NCBI RefSeq assembly: GCF_902652985.1
Contig: NC_047022.1
Span: 36,642,001-36,706,000, forward strand
Reading direction: 5' to 3'
Source of the DNA: Pecten maximus
Taxonomy: Eukaryota
Length of the DNA stretch: 64,000 nucleotides
The notes below the pieces were generated by a model, which was not told where the DNA came from, searched no databases, and was given only the letters and a program-made list of their open reading frames with translations. Shown here one piece after another: positions 1-13,300 of the stretch (the first letter of the stretch is position 1; every line of letters begins with the position of its first letter). A program made the position numbers and the translations under genes.

Positions 1-2
1 TC

Positions 3-209
3 TTGGGACCAATAGAAGCTAACAGCACCTACAGCTTCGCCAAACTGCATGGGTATGAAGTTCTAGCAAGTGACTGTGTAAAGACAGTGCTAGTGGGTGG
101 TACATGTGTGTATGATCGTATTAGAGGGTTCAGTATGTTTCTGAATGGACCAAATTCTGAGAGATTTTTGTCTCATTTGGAACAATTATTCAAATCAAAT
201 ATTCACTAA
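3..209 (+). CDS. Probable 3' end (last coding exon) of an unidentified gene entering from the left edge
   Basis: Frame is open from the window edge to TAA at 207-209 with protein-like composition (..LHGYEVLASDCVKTVLVGGTCVYDRIRGFSMFLNGPNSERFL..), followed by AT-rich UTR-like DNA. Family not recognised. Confidence 0.5.
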   Translation: MGPIEANSTYSFAKLHGYEVLASDCVKTVLVGGTCVYDRIRGFSMFLNGPNSERFLSHLEQLFKSNIH

Positions 210-475
210 TGACTGTCTACAATAAACTCCCTTTCCTTGCAGGTCATAAAGGGGGAGTCAGCCATAGTGTCACGGTCAGCATTCAATTGTCTTTTGTCAA
301 CATTTTTCATTGAAAAACTTCCGAATAACCAAAACACCAAGGTCATAATACTTGATCAGCTGCATGAAGTACTGTACTACAGTATAGTTGTTGAATTTCA
401 GGGGGCCAATATTAAGTGGTTGGCATTGTCAGACATAGTTCTTATCATGCAACCTTACATTTGTATTTGTATATA

Positions 476-964
476 CCGGTGTGGCATGGTATTTTGAAGC
501 ATGGTGAAATGAACTGGGGTCAAAATACCATAATGGTAAAGTGAACCGCGGTTCATTTCACCATTATGGCAAAATGAACCCCCCTCCCCCCATGGTAAAG
601 TGAAGCCACCTTATAATTTGTTTTTAAGTGACTTTTCTTTACACAATTTTTTTTTTATCAATTAGCTTAGTTATTTCTCTACTTCTTATAACACAAAAAT
701 TAGGGTGGGGCATGGTAAAGTGAAGCATTTCACTATTTTCTTACTAATTTTTTTCACCAAATCTTTTTCAAATTACATTATATAATTCCTCTAAACACAT
801 TAACACACAATAAATGACTGGGGGTCGGGAAATTTAGGGTGGGGCGGGGCGTTTTACTTTACCATGGCCATCTAAAAAGATTTGGTGAAAAAAAGTGAAT
901 TAGTAAGGAAATAGTGAAATGCTTCACTTTACCATGGGGGGTTCACTTCACCATACTACACCGG
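476..964. mobile_element. MITE-like non-autonomous DNA transposon
   Basis: Ends CCGGTGTGGCATGGT ... ACCATACTACACCGG are imperfect inverted repeats flanked by TA; internal repeats of CATGGTAAAGTGAA occur in both orientations. Confidence 0.65.
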
Positions 965-2269
965 TATATAACACATCTTCGTAACCTATGGTTAAGGTAT
1001 AGTATTAGCTAGGTTTTTATTTTCACACTATCCTTAATGACCACGGATATAGCGAAGTTAAATACAGTACCCCACGAATATTACCAACAATACAGTACTT
1101 TCTATCTTAAATTTACTAAGAGGTCAAAATAATAAGTTGCCAAGTTTGTCAAAATGTTGAAATAATTTCTTCCGAGAAACCTGATATTAGGCTGGCAGCC
1201 TGCTGGCATTGTGTACTGCAAATTTAAAAAAAAATTAACTTGTTTGACTAACAAACCCCTAACATGTAGAAATATGATGAAGAATCTTGATGATTAATGA
1301 AAGTGGATCAATTTGCTATGAAGCTTTTCTGAAAAAGATTCACCCAACATAGGACTCCAGGGTTGTGAAACAGACTACCAAGTGAAAGGGATTCATTCAA
1401 ATGGTCAGTCAAGTAATATATTGCTTTTCTCTGGAAACTGTCATGCATAAAATCTCTTTATTTCTGATGTCTTTCTCATGGAATACATATTCTTCACGTG
1501 AAAGTTTGACGAGGACCATTATAGTAACTAAGAATGGTAACACCATGTGAAAGTTAAGCTAATCATCAATTTATCTTTAATAAAAATTCTGTTGTTATAA
1601 TGCAAAATAAATGAATGAAACTTAAAATGATGAATTTAATTGCACAGTATTTAAAAATGTGGTACATTGTATTGATAACATTTGTGCATGATTTTTATTC
1701 TGTTCATTACAATGTTTGTTTCCAAAATTTACATCATTTAACATGAAAATTATCTGACTAACCATTCTAGATCAAGATAAATTTTCTGCTAGTTAAAGAC
1801 TGAATTTTATTTAGGTAAGAGATATGAAGTTTTTACTAGATATGTATATAGGATAATATTTTCCGCTTTAATTATTAAAGATGGTATACATAATAAATAC
1901 ATGTTTATGGAAATAATTTAAGAATACAAAACATATCTTATCATAATGTATACAAATCGCCATGCTTCCATTTACTCTACAAAAATTCAGAATGGTGTAC
2001 ATGTCAAGAGTTGCATTTTATGAGATTTTTAGTAGCATTTCAACTTTGAGTCACCATTTTACACAATTTCCATATACAATGCACCTCTGTCAAATCAGTG
2101 ATGAGTAAGAATCAAATATTGAGGAACTTTTATTTGTATATGAAGATAAATTGTTCACATATTTACATTTGTTGATTTCCATGCCTTTTTTGTTGCCTTT
2201 ATGAAATAAATCCTTTGGTTGTATTAACCACACCTAGTGTATGTGTTCAATTTATCAGTATATTAATTA

Positions 2270-2720
2270 ACCTTCAGTCACTCTGATCTACATTTTGACC
2301 TTTGACCAACATCAAGGTAAAAAGCTTTTCCAGGCTCTATCGATCCCTGGTCCGCATTTTGACTTTTGAAGTTCATGAACAAAATGATGTCTCATACTTG
2401 GGGCATGGGTGGTCCATCATGTACCAAAAGAAGGTCAATATGACCTACATTTTGACCTTTTGACCTACTACAAAGAAAAAATATTGTCTGGGCTGATTTC
2501 TTACTGAAGGTCACTGAACTTCATGCCTTAAACATGAGGTCACCTTGGGGAGGTGGTATCTACTGACCTACATTTTGATTTTTGATCTACATCCGTTTGA
2601 GGATTGTAATTGGCTGAAATATCTTGTTGGTTAGTTCTGAATCTTCTCTTGTAGGGACTACTGAGACTACTGAGTACTGACATGGCTATCTATAGTGGCA
2701 GGTCATGTCAGCACTTTTTA
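2270..2720. repeat. Degenerate interspersed repeat with TGACCTACATTTTGACCTTT subrepeats
   Basis: The motif recurs near 2283, 2441 and 2564 at roughly 120-160 bp spacing; style resembles satellite-bearing non-autonomous elements of bivalves. Confidence 0.4.
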
Positions 2721-3795
2721 GACCTATTCAGATATCCTGAAATATAATATGGTAAAACAATCGGGGATTACAATCTTTTCACTAATTTCCATGCTTTTAA
2801 ATTCTCTTGTCACTTTGATATGTTCTGAAATTTTCTCCCTGTTCTTCAATCCTTAATTCATTTAGTTTCCTGCCTTCAGATCAATATCTTCAGTTGATCG
2901 TTGGTGTTACCCAAGCACAGTCCCCAAACAAGCTGGGTTACCATTGGTATCTTTTCATAATTTTAACTCCAATATCTCAAAAAGTATGTACTGGTACATG
3001 TATATGGAATATAAACAAATCTGAAAAGAGGTTGGAGTTTATATGCAAAACACTTTAACATTGATATGTACAATGTAACTGTATCAGAATCAGGTGGTTG
3101 CATATTTCCTTGTTTGGGTATCTGACTAAATATACCCACTGAAGATCTTCTAAGGTGTCATTGGGTTTGAAGAGACTCATTATTAGGAACGTACATATGT
3201 AGCTTAACTTGGGTGGCCAGCCAGATAGGTACATTGTACATGTAGCTAGAGGCCAGATGACCCAGGTTCAAGTCCCTGTCTGATGGTTGCATTTATCCTC
3301 TCCTATTCTAAGGAATAACCTTATATATTTAAAGATTTTGTTAAGATGGGGTCCAGTGACCTGTACTCCGGTGATTGAGGTCAAGATCTTAAAGAGATGG
3401 AAATATTCCTATTTTTGTGAATGATTCAGCACTGCCTTCTGGTAATGATGTTAACATATATACATGGTCCCATTTTAGTGTGCGAGATATCAATATGGAT
3501 TTGCCTGCATAATTGAAGCACAAGATGCACTGAACTTTCTAAGTAATCATTTTAAATGTTTAAAGGCGAAAATGTATTTGGTCAATCCTTATTTGAACCA
3601 TTAACCTATTACTTACCCGGTATCATTGAAACTTTCTTGAAATTCCAAACAAAACGTTTAGATCGAGTGATAAATTTAATTGAAAACGAAGTAAACCTTT
3701 AATAATATATGTACATAACAAGGTAAACGTGATGGTTCTGTACAGTCATTGGTTCAGAGCACAAATCTAGCTGTTTTCAAGTCTAAAAGAATTGT

Positions 3796-6700
3796 TCAAG
3801 GCTCAGGTGTAGTTTTTGTCAAGTTCCAAAGGATATCATCTGATTTTTTGATAGAAACTTTTGAAAGGTCCTTCTCCTCCATTGAAGCTGGTCTTACAGA
3901 TACACACTTCAGTTTTCCACTTCTTCCATCCATAGAGCCAACACACCTAATAAAACAAAATCATTTAATAATGATATGTTGAAATGAACTGTACATTTAT
4001 TCTGTACCATATGATATCCTACATAAACATCTACATATAAACTAGTGATCTAATATTATAAACTTAATCATCCATAGGTGATTTATTACAGGAATTTTAT
4101 TTTAAAGGTTAAGACTTTCCAACATATAATGTCCTTAAAATATTTGCTCTCAGATTATGAGGATAGTGATGTTTTGGGAATATGTTTTTTAAGTTTTTAA
4201 AACCATTTTGTAACCTGTCCATTTCTACATGTCTAAGAAGGATTTATGAGGAATGCACCATAAAATAAAAACTGTTATGTCATATACTTTAAGTTTGTAC
4301 CAGTGGTTAAACTGGAAGTCAATCAAAAAATAAAGTATGTTAATTCTTGATTTTTTCAGTTTAGACAATATTTTTTGTATGGGGTATATTGAAGAACTAG
4401 CACAAATATTATATCTACATTTGTTGAGTAGACACATACCTGTGCCAATGTCCTCGGGTCAGTCTTTGCAGTTGACGATCCTGTTATAAGATGTTATACA
4501 AATGGCATTACACTTTTCTTAGTATTAAAGCAATAAAACAACACAAACAATTATTTCTTGATAACTTGTTACCTAGTTAGATATGAACAAGAGTCAAATA
4601 CAATTGCCACGTTTGGTCAACTGAACAAGAGGATTTGTGGATCAAATTAAGAATGGTAAAATATATCCCAATAAATAATAAAACAGTGGACATCCTGGGC
4701 TTCAACACAAAATAATAATAATGACTGAAGTAGGTAATAGACAACTGATCACTATAATGAATGAAAAAGTCAGTAGCCAATTAGAGGGCAACATTGGCTT
4801 CCTTTGAGTTTGAAACAACCTGAATAACAATCAATAAGGTAATCATTTACACTTACAATTTCGTAGAAAATACATGCCATGGAATCTTCCTCATCTTTAA
4901 TCAGGAATTCTTTTCCTGTTGCTGAAGGATCTTGCATCATGGCCGAGTCCACCACACCTACAGAAGATTCAATTTTAAACATGCTGATGGTCTCTCAACT
5001 ATTTTCAGGGATTTTGATATAAATGTACTTAAATCCTAAACTGGTACGGGTCTGATAAAACAGCAAATGTTTATGATGAACTGCAAATATCAATGCCGAA
5101 CTATTGAACTCAGATTATTATGCCAAATGATCACAACCAATGATGAGTTAATTGGGCCGTTTTACTATAATCCACCAATATCTATTGTTTTGTGGGAAAA
5201 AACACCAGTACATACCAAATACTTCAAAAATCATATTAACAGAATCTCTGTATTTGCTCCAATGCTTGACACCCTGAATGGTTGATGTGATGAGGTGAAG
5301 AGATTTATCAGCTTTTTGGCCAGTCTTCTGTGGTGCTTTCTGTTGTTCCTGAAATATTGATGTATTTAATCAACAGAAACAGTTGAAATGATGACAAGGT
5401 ATACTCCGATTTGAAAGTAGACCTATCGTATACCAAGAGAAAGTATGTGTCCCCAATTAACTTCAAGCATATCAGGATAGAATTTATAATTGAAACAAAA
5501 TGCAGAGATTTATCAGAGTGCTGTACATTCTTTGTGCTTTTTAGGATATCAAAACAAGAAATGTATCAAAATAACAACAAGAAAACAATTTTTAATTATT
5601 ATACAAATTTTCTCATTGAATTTACTTTTTGAATTGTTGATGAAGATATTGTTTTTGAAGAATCTCCAAAACCTCCAACTTGATCTGTCTGGTGTCGAAA
5701 ATGCTGTACAAATTTGTCTGCCTTTTGTGCTGTGGCTGCACCACTGGGGCCTGGTCTGTACAAGTTCTGGTTTCTATGTGTGCTGGTCTGGAATGGGTTC
5801 TGGTTCATATGTGTATTAGTCTTCGAGAAGTTATTTCCAGAATTTTGAGTCTGGCATTGGCTTCCTCCTTGGCCATTGTAGTTCTGTCTACCATTAAAAT
5901 TCCTGCATAAAGTATGTTGGTAAAAACTCAGGATCCAACTTTATAAACAAATTTCATTAAATATTTCCAGAAGAGTTAACTGTCACGGCTAAATTTGCAT
6001 TGTCATGAACACAAGGAGGTAGGAATATTTATTACATTTTTACCAGTGAAATATCAAAAATTATTCATTCTATAAAAGTGATATTATTCACTAGTGAAAA
6101 ATATCACTTTTGCTGATTTGACCAATCAAATTAATGATTAGAAAATACCAAAATAATTGACCAATCAGAAAGCCCGACATATATGTCAGCACCTGGACAG
6201 GGGGAACTACATTTTTTGTTTACAAAGTATTGCTGTAGGCCTAGTTAGCATACGGGGTAGGTTTTTCGTTGATAAAAAATGTAATAAACAGAATATCTAA
6301 CAGTGTCTTCAGTAATACCAAATATATTTCACTCGTGTGGCTAATATTTTGATATTTTTCACTCGTGCTGCGCACTCGTGAAAAATATCAAAATATTAGC
6401 CCCACTCGTGAAATATATTTGGTATTACTGAAGACACTGTTAGATATCCTCTATACATTCCTGTTCTATTTCCAAAGGGACAAAGATTACATTTTGTAGA
6501 CTCTTGAATGGAATTTGAATTGCATAAAAAATGGATAATGTTTTTTAAAAAATATATTTTTAATGCAAACAACGTAAACAATCCTATAGCGCCCATTTTG
6601 AGTACCTACCTGACGATCTACATAGTGTACAAGAGGGGCCAAAACCCAACTCCGCCTATACGAATACTCCGGTTATTTGCATATTTCGTCATGGAAAAAG

Positions 6701-8865
6701 GGCTATGCAAATAAGCGGGGTTGCTCTGTATATGGTAACAAAATGAATTGTCAAATCAAAGTGATGCTGAAGAAAGCACAGATTACTACATGTCATATGG
6801 TGGTTCCATTGTACCTGGTTTGCTGCTGTCCATATGATTCGGTCTTGTTGTTCCCTACATTTGGATATTTTTGTTGTATTTTCTGAACATCTGTGAAGCT
6901 ATTGGCCCCCTGTTTGTTGGTATATGATGCCTGTCCACTGCTCCAAGACTGCTGTTTGTTTGCCTGCCACCCCTGATTGGACTGTCCTGACAGCTGCCTG
7001 TTAGAGTTTGACTGAGCTTGACCAGTCCTACATGTAGTTATGCCTCCTGTCATTGCCCTGTTTGGTCCCTGAAGACCTGAATTCAGTGTCTGTGGCTGTC
7101 TACCAGGGGTTGGTCTGTTTGTATTGTATGCTGATTTAGAGAATTACTACTCAATCAGATAAGTGTTCCTCTCATCCATAATATCAATCATAAACTTGAT
7201 ATTATTCCCTGTTCTTTTAGTAATAACAAGCATTAATTCTCACTGAACTTCCTTTATTATCAACCAGGTTCTCACTATACAAAATGTTACTTTACCCTTT
7301 GAACCTTATACTTATTAACATGGTTAATGATTCATCAATAGATTTGGATTCATAATTTCATACTTATAAGAGTTTGTGTTGGGTAGACCTTTTCATATTT
7401 AAAATCTTAGTGATTTTGATTTCATCAACAAAATAAAAAATACAATATCTCCATCAGTATAAACATGTAAAGAATGTAATATATCACTTTAAAGAGAGTA
7501 ATGAAAGCTGGTTTCTCAAAAGCATATAGCTATTACTCAGAAGAAACAGCAAGTTAATACTAACAATATTGCTGGTTTTGTTGTAGCTGCTGTCTGTTTG
7601 GCTGTTGGTAGTGTGGGTTCTGTTGGGACTTGTTCTGCTGTTGGTATGACTTTTGGTTCCCCTGCTTTGGTTGACTTGGGATATACCCTTTCCCATCAAA
7701 ACCATGGACTGGCATTAAATCTGTTAAAGCAAAGCTTGCATCAGAAATCAAATATTTTGAGAAAAGGCCATTTTCAATTGCAGCAAAATATAAATTATTA
7801 TGTAAAATAAAATGTGTATCATCTCTGAAGGAAGATGCCTCATCATGGATATTTTACCTGTGTATAACCTACCACATTCTCTGTAACAACCATGAAGATT
7901 TATTGTTGTATAGAATGCACTCTTGAAACAGACAGTAGGAAGCACTCAGTGTATATTACATGTAGCACAGGTTCTTGGATGTTGTGGAATGGTAAAACCT
8001 ACATGTATTATCCTATACAGTTAGTGTATTTCAAACTGTTAAGCTTGCATGAATCTTAAATTATAAGAATTGTCCTCCTTTAGCTTTTTCTGTTCTCAAA
8101 ATCCCACAGGCATTTTAAAGCTAAAACTAATCAATTAGAAGTGGATTTATATCTCCACTTCTATCTAATTATTTGTCACTGTAAGACTGTTTATGGGTCT
8201 TTCTCAGTTATTGTGTTGGAACTCATTCTTCCAACTTGTCATTATTTTAGACACTGTATCAACTTACCTATGGTGGTGTATTTATACTATTCCAATTATG
8301 ACCAGAACAATGTAAGGTTACAAACGATACTTACACCAAATGGTGGAGGACAGTTTATTTTGAAATTGACTGGTCAAATGATTAATATCTTAAATAAACT
8401 GTATGGTAACCAGCAATCTGATTGAAATACAGAACACTATAATACATTTTATATTCACGAAATATATTCATTTTTAAGGATGATACGTATTTTAATCAGA
8501 CTTGAGTGGTCAGAAGATTAAACTTCTATTTATATACATAACCTGGGTAATGATGCGACGACTGAGATGCATTGATTGGCATGCCCGTTCCAGCTCCGTC
8601 AATATTCTGAGGGTCAGCTATGATAGCTTGTCGTGGTCTTTTCCGATTCATATTGAATATCGGCGCAGGGGTGATTTTCTGAAAAAAATACACTATAGTC
8701 TATTTTACACACTGAACGATGACATATTCTTAATACTGAAATTCCTCACACGAACAAATACGTCAAGAAAAATGAAGAATATCGATACCAGTTTGTAACT
8801 CAAAGAACTTCACCAAACAAATATATCATTACATTGACAACATGCATATAATTAATTACCTTCAT
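3796..8865 (-). CDS. SPATA22: Spermatogenesis-associated protein 22 (meiotic MEIOB partner), about 438 aa, 9 coding exons
   Basis: Exons 8865-8860, 8678-8543, 7720-7565, 7130-6815, 5902-5626, 5348-5216, 4957-4857, 4480-4440, 3946-3796; all GT-AG and phase-consistent. N-terminal PAPIFNMNRKRPRQAIIADP and C-terminal OB-like region (IFEVFGVVDSA..CIFYEIDRQLQRLTRGHWHRCVG..KCVSVRPAS) match the vertebrate SPATA22 motifs as I recall them. Confidence 0.93.
6028..6452. mobile_element. Non-autonomous element: 14-bp subterminal inverted repeats plus ~155-bp terminal hairpin (SPATA22 intron)
   Basis: Inverted repeats TTTATTACATTTTT 6028-6041 and AAAAATGTAATAAA 6275-6288; palindrome 6293-6447 centred on TGC 6369-6371. 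Confidence 0.75.
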
Positions 8866-10310
8866 GACTGTTTTCTGGTAATGTGTAGGGCGATTGTTTG
8901 TTTTGGCGTTATGTGGATGCTAAGGCCTTTAAGCTTCGGTCTGAAATGATATTGTGAACTGTGCTTTAAGCAGACGACAAGCTAGTAGCTGTACTTATAC
9001 AATCGTTAAAACTCGTCTTAAAAACGACCATAAGCCACAATGATTGTTCGTAGTTTAAATGAAATACGCTTATAACATTACCAGGCGTTTTTCTGCTTAT
9101 ATGAATAAAATCCAGCATAAACAAGATCTTCTGTAGCTAATTTCAATATACCCATGAAAAACACTTTTCTGTTTTTATTTCTCTTTTGGAGAGTTACAAC
9201 GAAGGGACGTTACTCAGATGTGTTTCGGTTTGTAGGTCGGGAAGGATTTTGAACATGAAACAACAAATTCATACTTATAAATGATATCCTGTTCAATTCT
9301 GTCGATTTACATAGATAAATAATAGCTTAAACATTCAACTTTTTAGTACAAAGTAGTCTCTTAAACTCTAAAAGCTTGTTTTAATTTCATTTTTATTCTT
9401 ATTTATTTATTATTCTTATTCTTCAAGTTTGCTTTGTATGGCGGGTCTTCGCTTTCTTATACTGACTGTACTGTAATGTTCACCATATCTAGAATATCCC
9501 CATCTGATTACCGTAGTTGTGATAATGGAACACCGTTACATTTTCTTGCGTATCCTTTTATTTTAAATGTTTCTTCCGCTAGATTTATAACTCGTTCCTT
9601 TCTCCATTTGCATTGTATAATATATCGTCTGTCTTTCAAAACTCTTGTCTCCCAACGATGGAATCAACGGCTACATGTAGATCCCCAGAAGTTTACTATC
9701 GTTTTTCTTGCGTAGTAAATCAAAGATTAACCATTTTCTACATGCGCTAGCACAACCACTCTACCATAAATAGAGATCTAGTAAACACTTCACTGCCAGA
9801 CAATACCAGTACTGATTACTGTAGCCTAGAGTTATGCCATGGCTTTATTAATGCCCTCAAACATTTAGCAATGGCCATAGAAGATACACTTTCTTTCATT
9901 TCATGATGTTTGAAGTATTACATTGTTAATTTCAAAAGCTGAAATCCTTGCAACTTATAAAGATCCAGACATTCGAGATTGTTAATTTACAATATTACTT
10001 CTGTATCGAGTAACGTGTTACACAAAATTTATATATTTTCGTAAGAAATAAATGATAAATACTTTCGAGAAAATTGATCGAATCAATTTGTAGACAAAAT
10101 TTCAATCGTGTTGTTTGGTGAGTGAAAGTTTAATGGCATTGGTGCTGATGTCTAATTTTACACAGGAAGAGTACATGCTCGACTTGATACCAAAACCAAT
10201 CTAGAGGAAGCGTCAAAATGACGTTGAATGGCGTTCTGTTTAAATTGATGACGTTTTAGACATTTTTTATGACGTTTTCGTCACCGGAAGACAAAATGTG
10301 ACATCAAAAG

Positions 10311-13300
10311 ATGGACGTGAAGGGAATATTAATTTCAATACTGTTCATTTATATGTCATACAGGTTCATCCTGAAGTTTGGCCAAAAACAGTTCGACGAA
10401 GTACTTTTCATATTGACGAAATACCCTCATGTCGAATGCCCAAAAGGTTACATGTTGTATAAAATTCAAGAACAGAATGTGATTTATTTCATTCAAGTAC
10501 AGAAGGAATTCTCTGAAAAACCCACACAGACTGGAAATTTTAGAAGGTGTGAACAAAAATATCTGAAAGAAAATGTTACTTGTGATGGAAACGTAGACGG
10601 AACTGCGCGTTCGTCTTGCATCGTGTCATATCCAGGTGACGGAGAAGTATTCCAAGAGGCATGTACGAAGATTCGGTATAAATCAGACGTCATACATGAT
10701 ATACAGGATGAATACGAATCTGGACCCTCTGTTTTCGGCAGAGTATTAGGATACTTTACAGAAGTGGTATACGGGTACGGTATTTATACATGTAGCTTAA
10801 GGCTGTATGCTACATTTCCATATTTTTGACTATCTCGTTCTATAAGTTCAACACTGTGAGACAGGGCGTATACATAACAACCTGAAAATAATTCAGAAGT
10901 ATTGTAAAATAATGACATGTATAATTCATAACACGGTTCGATGCTCTATATATTAGCCAAAAACGATCCCATGTTCACCAGTTGTTGTTTTATATGTCAG
11001 ATCCTCCTCAGAACTGGATGATGCACAAGAGAGGGAGGCTGATTTGAGAGACTACGTCCTGCTTCAGGGGATCTTTCCGGGGACCCGGTGGTGTGGTTTT
11101 GGTAATATCGCCGACGATGTATACACTAATGTAGGTGGGTACAATCTGTGTCAAATTATATACAGTAGCCTTAGCAAGTCTTTTGGTGGTGCTTTGATAT
11201 AAAACTAGATTATAATATTATATCGTCTTCAATCTAACAAGATATGTGTACATGTAACTAAATATAAGTTGGAGAGGAATTATTTGATAGTTTTACAAGC
11301 AAAACTGAAAGCAATATTCATTATAGATACAGAATATATCATATGATTATTGCTATGCAATAAAATATTCAAAAGTGGATGTCGGAGAGATACTATCCGT
11401 GTTACTGTCGAGAGATACTATCAGTGTTACTGTCGAGAGATACTATCAGTGTTACTGTCGAGAGATACTATCATTGTTACTGTCGAGAGATACTATCAGT
11501 GTTACTGTCGAGAGATACTATCAGTGTTACTGTCGAGAGATACTATCAGTGTTACTGTCGAGAGATACTATCAGTGTTACTGTCGAGAGATACTATCAGT
11601 GTTACTGTCGAGATATGCTATCCGTGTTACTGTCGAGAGATACTATCAGTGTTACTGTCGAGAGATACTATCAGTGTTACTGTCGAGAGATACTATCAGT
11701 GTTACTGTCGAGAGATACTATCAGTGTTACTGTCGAGAGATACTATCAGTGTTACTGTCGAGATATGCTATCAGTGTTACTGTCGAGAGATACTATCAGT
11801 GTTACTGTCGAGAGATACTATCAGTGTTACTGTCGAGAGATACTATCAGTGTTACTATCGAGAGATACTATCAGTGTTACTATCGAGAGATACTATCAGT
11901 GTTACTGTCGAGAGATACTATCAGTGTTACTGTCGAGTGATACTATCAGTGTTACTGTCGAGAGATACTATCATTGTTACTGTCGAGAGATACTATCAGT
12001 GTTACTGTCGAGAGATACTATCAGTGTTACTGTCGAGAGATACTATCAGTGTTACTGTCGAGAGATACTATCAGTGTTACTGTCGAGAGATACTATCAGT
12101 GTTACTGTCGAGAGATACTATCAGTGTTACTGTCGAGAGATACTATCAGTGTTACTATCGAGAGATACTATCAGTGTTACTGTCGAGAGATACTATCAGT
12201 GTTACTGTCGAGAGATACTATCAGTGTTACTGTCGAGAGATACTATCAGTGTTACTGTCGAGAGATACTATCAGTGTTACTATCGAGAGATACTATCATT
12301 GTTACTATCGAGAGATATATCCATCAGTGTTACTGTCGAGAGATACTATCGGTGTTACTGTCGAGAGATACTATCAGTGTTACTGTCGAGATATGCTATC
12401 AGTGTTACTGTCGAGAGATACTATCAGTGTTACTGTCGAGAGATACTATCAGTGTTACTGTCGAGAGATACTATCAGTGTTACTGTCGAGAGATACGATC
12501 AGTGTTACTGTCGAGAGATACTATCAGTGTTACTGTCGAGAGATGCTATCAGTGTTACTGTCGAGAGATACTATCAGTGTTACTGTCGAGAGATACTATC
12601 AGTGTTACTGTCGAGATATGCTATCAGTGTTACTGTCGAGAGATACTATCAGTGTTACTGTCGAGAGATACTATCAGTGTTACTGTCGAGATATGCTATC
12701 AGTGTTACTGTCGAGAGATACTATCAGTGTTACTGTCGAGATATGCTATCAGTGTTACTGTCGAGAGATATTATCAGTGTTACTGTCGAGAGATACTATC
12801 AGTGTTACTGTCGAGGGATACTATCAGTGTTACTGTCGACAGATACTATCAGTGGTACTGTCGAGAGATACTATCAGTGGTACTGTCGAGAGATACTATC
12901 AGTGTTACTGTCGAGAGATACTATCAGTGTTACTGTCGAAAGATACTATCAGTGTTACTATCGAGAGATACTATCATTGTTACTATCGAGAGATATATTC
13001 ATCAGTGTTACTGTCGAGAGATACTATCAGTGTTACTGTCGAGAGATACTATCGGTGTTACTGTCGAGAGATACTATCAGTGTTACTGTCGAGAGATACT
13101 ATCAGTGTTACTGTCGAGAGATACTATCAGTGTAACTGTCGAGAGATACTATCAGTGTTACTGTCGAGAGATACTATCAGTGTTACTGTCGAGAGATACT
13201 ATCAGTGTTACTGTCGAGAGATACTATCAGTGTTACTGTCGAGAGATACTATCAGTGTTACTGTCGAGAGATACTATCAGTGTTACTGTCGAGAGATACT

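Noticed and set aside
8335-8369. Possible extra SPATA22 microexon with a strong GTAAGT donor
   Set aside because: 35 nt would shift the frame; exons 2 and 3 already join in phase.
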